Source of the DNA: Pyrinomonadaceae bacterium
GTDB taxonomy: Bacteria > Acidobacteriota > Blastocatellia > Pyrinomonadales > Pyrinomonadaceae
Reading direction: 5' to 3'
Assembly (NCBI GenBank): GCA_036493385.1
Contig: DASXPW010000259.1
Coordinates: 1 to 26,930, forward strand
Length of the DNA stretch: 26,930 nt
The notes under the pieces are model-generated. The model searched no databases, was not told the origin of the DNA, and saw only the letters and a list, made by a program, of their open reading frames with translations. The position numbers were made by a program, and so were the translations under genes. The stretch's first letter is position 1, and every line of letters begins with the position of its first letter. Below, piece by piece: positions 15,808 through 24,175 of this stretch.

Positions 15808-18783
15808 ATGGCATCTCACAAGCCCTCATTTATTGAATCGATCGCCGAGAAACTCCGGCTTATTCCAAATCTTCACGTCGGCAACAATGCCGCTCTCCCG
15901 CCAATTACTGAACCTGGCGATCTGACAGACTATCCCCCGCCTGAAAAATGGGACGATTGGGTCGAATACGAAGCCAAGAGCGGTCAGCGGCGCGAAAAGA
16001 AAAGCTACATGATCGTCCCGACGACCTGCTTTAATTGCGAAGCCGGCTGCGGGCTGCTTAGCTATATCGACAAAGAGACGTTCACAGTCCGCAAATTTGA
16101 GGGCAATCCGTATCATCCGGGCAGCCGCGGCCGTAATTGCGCCAAAGGTCCCGCGACGATCAATCAGATAAATGACACGGACCGCATACTCTATCCGCTA
16201 AAACGAAAAGGAAAACGCGGCGGCGGCGAGTGGGAGCGTGTGACATGGGACGAAGTGCTGGACGATATCGCGGCCAAGATCCGCACGGCGCTAAAAGAAG
16301 ACCGCCGAAACGAGGTCGTCTACCACGTCGGCCGTCCGGGTCACGAGGGTTTTATGGACCGCATATTGCAGTCCTGGGGCGTCGACGGTCACAACAGTCA
16401 CACGAACATCTGCTCGGCAGGAGCGCGTTTTGGGTATGCGATCTGGCAGGGTTACGACAGGCCGTCGCCTGATCACGCCAATGCGGATTTCATCCTGCTG
16501 ATCTCTGCCCATCTTGAGGCCGGCCATTAGTTCAATCCACACGCGCAGCGCAGTATCGAAGGCATGATGAACGGCGCAAAACTCGCCGTCATGGACACGC
16601 GTCTCTCGAATACCGCTTCGATGGCCGATTACTGGATGCCGACCTATCCCGGCAGCGAGGCCGCGGTCTTGCTCGCAATGGCCAACATCATCATCCGCGA
16701 ACGTCTCTTTAACGAAAAATTCCTGCGTGACTGGGTCAACTGGCGCGATGCGCTTCGCAACCTGCAAAGTCAGAACCGCCTGCGTGAGCGGGCGGCCAGT
16801 CCCTCAGCGGCAGAGCCGCAAGTTAAGTGGGACGAGGCTTCGGAAAAGCAGAGCTTTTCCGCAAATAGAGCGGCAGAGCCGCACCAAGGTAGTTTCGACG
16901 ATTTCATCGCCGAAATGGAAGAGTTTTACTCCGAATACACTCCCGAATTTGCCGAGGCCGAGAGCGGCGTTCCGGCTGCGACGATCGTCGATGTTGCAAG
17001 ACGAGTCGGCCGTGCAGGCACGCGCTTCTCATGCCACAATTGGCGTTCCGCCGGCAGCGGCAATCTCGGCGGCTGGGCTGTCGCTCGATGCTTGCATTTT
17101 CTGAGTGTTCTTACGGGCAGCGTCGGCACGGTTGGCGGCACGCTGCCAAGCGCGTGGAACAAATTCAAGCCCGCAAGTTACGACACGCCCCCGGCGCAAA
17201 AGTTCTGGAACGAGCTTCACTTTCCGCTCGAATATCCGCTTGCTCATTACGAGATGAGCTTTCTGCTGCCTCACTTTCTCAAAGAGGGCCGCGGCAAGCT
17301 CGCCGTCTATTTCACGCGTGTCTTCAATCCAGTTTGGACATATCCTGACGGTTTTTCGTGGATCGAGGCGCTATCGGACGAGAGCAAGATCGGTCTGCAC
17401 ATCGCGTTGACACCGACATGGAACGAGACGGCTTATTTTGCCGATTACGTGCTCCCAATGGGCCACTCAAGCGAGCGGCACGACCTAACAAGCTACGAGA
17501 CGCATTCCGGGATGTGGATCTCGTTTCGACAACCTGTACTTCGCGAGGCCGCTAGAAAAATGGGCCGCGAAACGACCTTTACGTACGAGACAAATCCTGG
17601 CGAGGTTTGGGAAGAGGATGAGTTTTGGTTCGAGCTTTCGTGGCGGATCGACCCCGACGGCGATTTAGGAATCCGCAAACATTTCATGTCGCCTTATCGG
17701 CCCGGCGAAAAAATAAGGGTCGACGAGTATTACCAGTACATTTTCGAAAATACGAAAGGGCTGCCTGAAAGGGCCGAGAAAGAGGGCTTGACGCCGCTCG
17801 ATTACATGCGCAAATTCGGCGCCTTCGAGGTCGAAACGGCCGTCTATGAAAAGCACATGGACCTCGCCGGCGAGCAGCAGCTTGCCAACGCAGATATTGA
17901 TGCGGCGACAGGTGAGATCAAGAAAGACGGCAAGACGATCGCCGTCATCGTCGACGGCAAAGCGCGTGTAGGATTTAATACGCCGTCGAGGCGGCAGGAA
18001 TTTTTCTCGGGAACTACCGCCGAATGGGGCTGGCCCGAATACGCGATCCCGACGTACGTTAAAAGTCACATTCACACCGACGAGCTTGATGCGGCGAAAG
18101 GCGAGATCGTGCTGATTCCGACGTTTCGGCTGCCGACGCTTATTCACACGCGGTCGAGCAATGCGAAATGGCTCGCCGAGATCTCAAACCGCAATCCGCT
18201 CTGGATGCACACCTCCGACGCCGAACGTTGGGGGATAAAGACCGGCGATCCGGTTCGCATATCCACTGAGATCGGTTATTTCGTTAACCGCGCCTGGGTC
18301 ACAGAAGGCATGCGTCCCGGCGTCGTCGCCTGCTCCCATCATATCGGCCGATGGCGCCGCGAGCAGGACGCCAAGAATAATCGTTGGGCAACCAATCAGG
18401 TAACCATCGATGAGATCGAGCCGGGCAAATGGAAAATGCGTGTCGTTGAGGGTATCGGTCCATACAGATCCGATGACCCTGACACGTCACGTATTTTCTG
18501 GACCGATGGCGGAGTTCATCAAAACATCACATTTCCGGTCCATCCCGATCCGATCAGCGGAATGCACTGCTGGCATCAGAAAGTCACGGTCGAAAAGGCT
18601 CACGCGGAGGACAAATACGGTGATGTTTTCGTTGATACTGAAAAGTCGTTCGAAGTTTACAAACGGTGGCTCGCTCTAACACGCCCCGGACCGGGCCCAA
18701 ACGGCCTTCGGCGTCCGCTCTGGTTGGGTAGACCTCTGCGGCCCGTGAATGAAGCGTTTTACATAAACGGCGATACGAAATGA
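15808..18783 (+). pseudogene. Molybdopterin (bis-PGD) oxidoreductase catalytic subunit, DMSO-reductase superfamily, interrupted by one in-frame TAG at 16528-16530 (991 codons if read through)
   Basis: The two track ORFs 15808..16530 and 16564..18783 share a frame, and the intervening codons read FNPHAQRSIEG. N-terminal CFNCEAGC..NCAKG Fe-S motif, HNSHTNICS, and C-terminal IPTFRLPTLIHTRS and PDPISGMHCWHQKV. No twin-arginine signal. Confidence 0.85.
16769..16882. repeat. Cluster of four palindromic hairpins in frame inside the Mo-enzyme gene
   Basis: CCGCCTGC-GTGA-GCGGGCGG (16776-16795); GCGGC-AGA-GCCGC twice (16807-16819, 16870-16882); CGGAAAAGC-AGA-GCTTTTCCG (16841-16861). Confidence 0.75.
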
Positions 18784-18792
18784 GTCCGCGGC

Positions 18793-19512
18793 ATGAGACA
18801 TGATCCCGATCAAACGCGACGGATCTCACAGTCCGATAAGATCCTGATCCCGCTCGTCGGTTTTGTATCTGCCGCCATATTGCTCACCGCACTTGGATTC
18901 CTTGCCACGCGAAATTATTTCGATCCGTTTGATTCCTGGTTTCGCCTCCTGGCCCGACATGAGCAAACGCCACGCCTCACTAACCTGTTCTTAACCGTGA
19001 CGCTCTTTGGCTCGACCTGGGTCCTGATCGGCCTTGGGGCCGCATTGATCGCCATACTTGGCCTGCTGCGAAGATGGCAGACCGCCAGTCTCTTCCTTAT
19101 CACAATGGCGGGGCAGATCATCCTCGACCAGTCATTCAAGGCGATCTTCGGCCGCGAACGCCCCGAAGCTCTGATCGAGTACGTCACGCCCTTAGGCTCG
19201 AGCTTTCCAAGTGGCCATGCTCTCGCGTCGGTGAGTTTTTATGCGATCGTCGGCTGGCTTGTGACCCGATCAATGCGTTCGCGGTTTGCCGCCGTTTTGG
19301 TTTGGACCGGCTGCATCGCATTTGCATTTATGATCGGAACATCACGTGTCTATATCGGCATTCATAATGCCAGCGATGTCGTGGGCGGTTTTCTCGCCGG
19401 CGCGATCTGGACCGGTTCGATGATCGTCGCGGACCATCTTTCGCGACCAGACCGAACGGAGGTCCGTAATGATCGATCTCTCACTTTCACGGCAGCAGAC
19501 GACAAATCATGA
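18793..19512 (+). CDS. PAP2-family membrane phosphatase
   Basis: C1 KAIFGRERP, C2 SFPSGH, C3 SRVYIGIHNASDV; multiple TM helices. Confidence 0.92.
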   Translation: MRHDPDQTRRISQSDKILIPLVGFVSAAILLTALGFLATRNYFDPFDSWFRLLARHEQTPRLTNLFLTVTLFGSTWVLIGLGAALIAILGLLRRWQTASLFLITMAGQIILDQSFKAIFGRERPEALIEYVTPLGSSFPSGHALASVSFYAIVGWLVTRSMRSRFAAVLVWTGCIAFAFMIGTSRVYIGIHNASDVVGGFLAGAIWTGSMIVADHLSRPDRTEVRNDRSLTFTAADDKS

Positions 19513-19528
19513 TTGTCGCAATTAGCGC

Positions 19529-19557
19529 TTGAATTCTAGTTTGAACACGTCTATATT
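19529..19557 (+). promoter_or_regulatory. Putative sigma70 promoter
   Basis: TTGAAT, 17 nt, TATATT. Confidence 0.45.
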
Positions 19558-19583
19558 CCTGACAGCCGTACAAATTTTTTTCC

Positions 19584-19609
19584 TGACCCCTGGTGATCGC
19601 CAGGGGTCA
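19584..19609. repeat. Perfect 10-bp hairpin (terminator-like or REP-like)
   Basis: TGACCCCTGG-TGATCG-CCAGGGGTCA, with a T-run before it and GTAGTTTT after it. Confidence 0.6.
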
Positions 19610-19656
19610 CGTAGTTTTAAAGCGATGTTTAACACATTTGTACGTCTATAAACAAC

Positions 19657-19965
19657 GTGAATCTTTCTCGTCCGATCTTTTGGCTTCTCTTCCTGAACAT
19701 AGTTGACGCATTCGTCACGCTCATCTGGGTCCGAAGCGGTATCGCTCCCGAAAGTAACCAGCTCATGGCGGCGCTGCTTGATGTCGGTGACATGCCATTC
19801 CTGCTTGCGAAGATCGGAATGGGCGTGATCACGGCCGTCGTCCTCTATTACGGCTCAGAATATCGCCTTGCACGGATCGGCGTTTCAACGGCGCTTGCCG
19901 TCTATATCTGCACGCTTGGAATCCACGTCTTTACAGGACTTGCGGCCTTTGGCTACTTGTCCTGA
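19657..19965 (+). CDS. Small three-helix membrane protein (DUF5658-like)
   Basis: LLFLNIVDAFVTLIWV..G.A.ESNQLM..LL...PFLLAKI pattern, recalled as DUF5658-like. Confidence 0.7.
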   Translation: MNLSRPIFWLLFLNIVDAFVTLIWVRSGIAPESNQLMAALLDVGDMPFLLAKIGMGVITAVVLYYGSEYRLARIGVSTALAVYICTLGIHVFTGLAAFGYLS

Positions 19966-19981
19966 TCGATCGCGAGTCACG

Positions 19982-20059
19982 TCTCAACCCATCGCAACTC
20001 GTCGCAACTTCCAGCACGGAAACTAAAGTGTTGCTCGTTTTTAGCCGATGTTGTACAAT
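19982..20059 (+). promoter_or_regulatory. sigma70 promoter with upstream phased direct repeats
   Basis: TTGCTC (20031-20036), 17 nt, TACAAT (20054-20059). TCGCAACT at 19992 and 20002, plus TCTCAACC at 19982 (10-bp period). Confidence 0.6.
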
Positions 20060-20137
20060 GTATAACAATAAGTGGCATCCCTCTTGCTCACTTATGGAAT
20101 ACCCGCCTTTTGTTCCTGGTCTTTCCTCAGGGAACGT

Positions 20138-20755
20138 ATGCAGACTGTACACACTCGACCAACTCTACCTGCCGAATGGCGTCCTGACTCTGGTCGCAAT
20201 CAAACTACGGCGGGACTGGTCGCTAGCTGCTGCTTCGCCGCGTTTCTCGCCATCGTTGCATTTTATTGCTCGTTGCTCGCCTCCTCGACGCCGCTTTGGC
20301 CGGCAGATAGGGTAGAGGTCGACCGCGCGATCTCATTACTCGAGCATAAGGGTTTTGATAGGGAAGTCTTTCTGCTCCGCCACACCGTCGCATTTCGCAG
20401 CAGCGACAACTGGCTCAATCGAGTAACCAAACAGGATAACGCCTACGCCGCTACCAACTTTCCATTCCAGATCATCACGTTGTACCCGGATTTTTACTCA
20501 AAGACGACCGATGACACCGAGCGTGCCATGGTCCTGCTACACGAAGCGCAGCACCTCAAAGGCGGTGATGAAAAAGCAGCTTATTCGTTTGTTTGGCAGA
20601 ATCGCGAGCGGCTTGGCTGGACGCAACTGTCGCACGGCACGACGCCGTCGTACATCACCATTGAAGAGCAAACGCGCGAGTACGCGCCCGAACTTTTCAC
20701 TTGTCGTCAAAATCTTTGGAGCGATTGCACCGAGACGTTGGCCGCAAAGAGATAA
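20138..20755 (+). CDS. Hypothetical membrane-anchored protein with HExxH motif (putative Zn metallopeptidase)
   Basis: TM segment (LVASCCFAAFLAIVAFYCSLL), then NAYAAT..FQIITLYPDF..ERAMVLLHEAQHLKG.DEKAAY. The start is uncertain: ATG 20138 with a CAGGGA SD, or GTG 20072. Confidence 0.65.
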   Translation: MQTVHTRPTLPAEWRPDSGRNQTTAGLVASCCFAAFLAIVAFYCSLLASSTPLWPADRVEVDRAISLLEHKGFDREVFLLRHTVAFRSSDNWLNRVTKQDNAYAATNFPFQIITLYPDFYSKTTDDTERAMVLLHEAQHLKGGDEKAAYSFVWQNRERLGWTQLSHGTTPSYITIEEQTREYAPELFTCRQNLWSDCTETLAAKR

Positions 20756-20772
20756 TTCCGATCTAGAATTGC

Positions 20773-22119
20773 CTATCTCAATCCGTGTTTGTCCAAGAGA
20801 TGTCGAAGTGAATGCACAGGGACTTGCAGCAGCTCGGCCGCGCGTGTCTGGTTTCCCGCGCATCGGCTTAGTGCTTCTTCGACAAAGCGTTTTTCGATCT
20901 CGTTGAGGTAGGAATGAAGATGGAGGCCTTTAACCGGCAGGTGCATGGAATGCTGTCCGTTCGTCACCGAGCGTTCACCACTATGTTCAGGCAGAATTGA
21001 CCCACCGCTCGGTGTGAATGCTACGGCGCGCTCGATCGTGTTCTCCAGTTCGCGTACATTGCCGTCCCACCGTCGTTTTGTGAGTATATCGAGAGCTTCT
21101 TCCGAGACAGAGATACTCTTACCCGAGCGGGACGCAAATCTATTTGCAAAATGCGTGACTAATTCGGGTATGTCTTCAGGACGCTCCCTCAACGACGGAA
21201 CGTGCAGGGGTATCACCGACACGCGGTAGAAAAGGTCCTGGCGAAAAGAACCTTCCTTGACCATCGGCAGCAGATCGCGATTGGTGGCGGCGATGACACG
21301 CGTGTCAACGGTCGTTTCCGTTGGCGCGCCAATGCGGCGCACCTTTCGTTCTTGCAGTACACGCAAGACTTTGACCTGCATCGCCGGAGTCATGTCGCCG
21401 ATCTCGTCGAGAAAAATGCTGCCCCGATCGGCAGATTCAAACACTCCGGATCGGCTCTTGACCGCACCCGTAAATGCCCCTTTCACAAAGCCAAATAGCT
21501 CGCTCTCAAGGAGCGTCTCGGTCATCGCGCCGCAATTGATCGGGATAAAGGGCTGATCGGCCCGGTTCGACAACTGATGAATGGCACGGGCAACTAGCTC
21601 CTTTCCGCTGCCTGATTCGCCCGTGATCAGCACCGTTGCCTCCTCGCGCGCAACAGTTTCGATCTGGTCGTGAAGCTTCTGCATCGCGGATGAGCTGCCG
21701 ATGAGATTTACAGCATTCCTCTGAGCGCGTTTTAGCGCGCGGTTCTCCGAGACGAGCGCTTTACGCTCGAGCGTCCTCTCGAGGATCACGATCAATTCTT
21801 CGTTGTTAAAAGGCTTGGCGAGAAAGTCGTCAGCGCCCAGCTTAAACGCTTCGCGAGCGGTATCTATCGTCCCGAACGCGGTCATTAAAATGATTCCGAT
21901 GTCGGGATAAAATTCGCGCGCCGCGCGCAAGAATTCGATCCCGTCCATGTCGGGCATCCGCACATCGGAAATGACCGCGTCGAATGGCCGTGCTTTCAAA
22001 AGCTCCAGCGCGGACCTGCCGTCGGTCACCGACCGGACGCTGTGTCCCTTGTCTTCAAAGATGACCTTCAGGACGTCTCGGTAGCCTTGTTCGTCGTCTG
22101 CAATGAGGAGGTTTGCCAT
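20773..22119 (-). CDS. pilR: sigma54-dependent NtrC-family response regulator (PilR-like)
   Basis: Receiver (ISDVRMP), AAA+ domain with GESGSGKE, intact GAFTGA, LDEIGDM, LFYR and GNVRELEN, and a Fis-type HTH (GNQTRAAELL). The name rests on pairing with PilS and on pilus context. Confidence 0.85.
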   Translation of the reverse strand: MANLLIADDEQGYRDVLKVIFEDKGHSVRSVTDGRSALELLKARPFDAVISDVRMPDMDGIEFLRAAREFYPDIGIILMTAFGTIDTAREAFKLGADDFLAKPFNNEELIVILERTLERKALVSENRALKRAQRNAVNLIGSSSAMQKLHDQIETVAREEATVLITGESGSGKELVARAIHQLSNRADQPFIPINCGAMTETLLESELFGFVKGAFTGAVKSRSGVFESADRGSIFLDEIGDMTPAMQVKVLRVLQERKVRRIGAPTETTVDTRVIAATNRDLLPMVKEGSFRQDLFYRVSVIPLHVPSLRERPEDIPELVTHFANRFASRSGKSISVSEEALDILTKRRWDGNVRELENTIERAVAFTPSGGSILPEHSGERSVTNGQHSMHLPVKGLHLHSYLNEIEKRFVEEALSRCAGNQTRAAELLQVPVHSLRHLLDKHGLR

Positions 22120-22142
22120 GCGGTGACTCGAAGAAACGGGCT

Positions 22143-23801
22143 CTATTTGGGCAGCTCGACCACTATCTTTGTCCCCTTACCGTTGGCCGATGCGATATCG
22201 ATCCGTCCTCCGTGGTCGTTAACGATCTTGTGGACGATCGACAAGCCGAGACCTGTGCCCGAGGCCGCAACTGAAAATGGCTCGAAGAGGTGTTCAAGAT
22301 TATCCGGCGAAAAGCCCGGTCCGCTGTCCTGAAATTCCATCTGCACCCGGCCGCCGGGCGTCTCGTTTACGCGGACCCTGATATCTCCGCCATCCGGCAT
22401 TGCATTGATCGAATTCTGAAGCAGATTCCACATTACCTGCTTGACGCTGGTCTCGCTGACCCGAGAACGGACCGGCGACGCGGGAGCTTCATAGTCAAAG
22501 CGATGTGCATCATGGACCTTCGGGTTGTGCTTTACGAGCAAAAGGCAATCGCGAAGTGCGGCGTCGATGTCTGTGTCCCGTTGTGCGCGGAGAGCGTTCG
22601 CCGGCGGGCGGGCGTACGATAAAAAATTCTCGATGATGCCGTTCAACCGCTCTGATTCGCGAAGCACAACTTCGAACAACGACGCTTCGGATGAATCGCC
22701 GGGCACTCGACCGCGAAGAAATTGAAGTGACGAGCTGAGCGATCCGAGCGGATTTCTAATTTCGTGCGCTAATCCGGCGGCCATCCTGCCGACTGCCGCG
22801 AGCCGATCGGCGTGCCGCAGCGAAGCCTCGAGCGCCCGGATCTGTGAAACGTCCTGGATCGTGGCGACGAGACCCGTCACTTCGCCCGTACGCCGATATA
22901 GCGGCGATACCGAGCACGAAACCGTGATCCGGCGTGCGTCTGTCGTCGCGATCTCGGTGTCGAAATGTTCGGCACCATTCTGCTGAGTCGTATCTGCATG
23001 ACTGCCGACTCTCTGCGCCAGCTCCTCTCCAAATAGCATCGTCACATTTTGACCGCGAACTGCGTCTTCCGAATATCCGGTCATCGCGCTGGCTGCCCGA
23101 TTAAACCCATAGATCTGACCTTCGAGATCAAATGTGATCAGTCCGCTGTCGACCGATTGAACAATTCGCTCGTGCAGAATATTCAAATCGGCAAAATTTT
23201 CGCGGCTGCAGCGAAGCTCTTCCGTAATGCGTTTGCGTTCGGCGATCCGCGTCGCGATCAAACCGACAAACAAGATCGCAACTGTATTCAAACCAACAAC
23301 CTGAAACGACCTGGACGTTGGCACATCGCCGGACAGCGAATAAATTATCGCCTTTCCGGTCAAAACAGCGAGCAGGATAAAGCTGCCCGCCGAGATGAAC
23401 GTGATCGCCAACGTAGCTTTCCTGTCGAGGATGAAGCCCGCAAGACAGATCAGTACGATATAAAGCGAAACATATGGCGAGCCGACGTCGCCGGTCTCTC
23501 GGACCAGCCACGTAATGAGAAAAATATCGATAAAAAGCTGTATTCGGCGCTGGGTCCTGTAATCGCTATTAGACCACGCAACGACGTGGTACACCGCCGT
23601 CAGCGCGATCGAGACAAGGAAAAACAAGAAAAGTCCGGTTGGGAACGTGCCGTTAGACGGCTGCAGGTAGGTCCCCACCCACCACCAACTGCCCAGCAGT
23701 AGGAGAAACACGAGCGCCAGCCGACCAAACAAAAGTCGCTGCATTCGTTCAAGGCGTTCGGGTTCCTCGCCCGCCGTCTGGATGTTTTCGTCACGGCGCA
23801 T
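22143..23801 (-). CDS. pilS: Sensor histidine kinase, PilS-like (about 6 TM helices, PAS, HisKA, HATPase)
   Basis: Multi-TM N-terminus with TG..SPY..LY, a PAS domain, H-box LAHEIRNPL, N-box WNLLQNSINAM, G1 DSGPGF and G2 GTGLGL. Confidence 0.85.
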   Translation of the reverse strand: MRRDENIQTAGEEPERLERMQRLLFGRLALVFLLLLGSWWWVGTYLQPSNGTFPTGLFLFFLVSIALTAVYHVVAWSNSDYRTQRRIQLFIDIFLITWLVRETGDVGSPYVSLYIVLICLAGFILDRKATLAITFISAGSFILLAVLTGKAIIYSLSGDVPTSRSFQVVGLNTVAILFVGLIATRIAERKRITEELRCSRENFADLNILHERIVQSVDSGLITFDLEGQIYGFNRAASAMTGYSEDAVRGQNVTMLFGEELAQRVGSHADTTQQNGAEHFDTEIATTDARRITVSCSVSPLYRRTGEVTGLVATIQDVSQIRALEASLRHADRLAAVGRMAAGLAHEIRNPLGSLSSSLQFLRGRVPGDSSEASLFEVVLRESERLNGIIENFLSYARPPANALRAQRDTDIDAALRDCLLLVKHNPKVHDAHRFDYEAPASPVRSRVSETSVKQVMWNLLQNSINAMPDGGDIRVRVNETPGGRVQMEFQDSGPGFSPDNLEHLFEPFSVAASGTGLGLSIVHKIVNDHGGRIDIASANGKGTKIVVELPK

Positions 23802-23844
23802 AGATCAACTCAAATTTTCCTTTGATCGAGTGAGGGTTTTCGGC

Positions 23845-23872
23845 ATTGTAGCCGATTTTGTCAGAATTGAAA
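23845..23872 (-). promoter_or_regulatory. Putative promoter of pilSR
   Basis: Minus strand TTTCAA, 16 nt, TACAAT. Confidence 0.45.
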
Positions 23873-23988
23873 GAACAAAATCGCGGCCCACCAAAAAAGC
23901 TGTGGAAAACTATGTCCGATAGTTGAAATGTAAGTCCAACAGGCTCTGATATTTAGAGATATTGGCCTCGCACCGCATCAAAAATGTG

Positions 23989-24018
23989 TTGACACGAACG
24001 TAGGAAGTGCCGTACAAA
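23989..24018 (+). promoter_or_regulatory. Putative promoter of the pilT operon
   Basis: Perfect TTGACA, 18 nt, TACAAA; implies a leader of about 150 nt. Confidence 0.45.
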
Positions 24019-24175
24019 TAGCCTAACGTTAAACAACTAATTCGGAGTTATTTCCAGAAAAAGATACTGGTTGTCCGAAAATTCCTCACCCTAGTAGATA
24101 CAAAAAGTTAACGTCGACGTGCAAGGCGGGTCCCCGTGCAGAGGGTTGTAGTTTGCTTCGAGGGCATTTGGGCAC

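Noticed and set aside
16528-16530. Genome-wide TAG reassignment or selenocysteine recoding
   Set aside because: TAG is the normal stop of at least eight genes here (ending at 1221, 5518, 6844, 7292, 11201 and 12793, plus pilR and pilS). Sec uses TGA, and the position is not the metal ligand. No pyl or sel genes are in the window.
16564-18783. Independent 739-aa gene starting at 16564
   Set aside because: It starts mid-domain, has no convincing SD and continues the upstream ORF in frame. It is the C-terminal part of one gene.
23901-23909. DnaA-box-like TGTGGAAAA between pilS and pilT
   Set aside because: It is a single relaxed match with no cluster or DUE, and is expected by chance.
24025-24175. 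c-di-GMP riboswitch in the long pilT leader
   Set aside because: The conserved GCAAA/GNRA-receptor elements of class I, or the class II core, were not recognisable by eye. An Infernal/Rfam scan would settle it.
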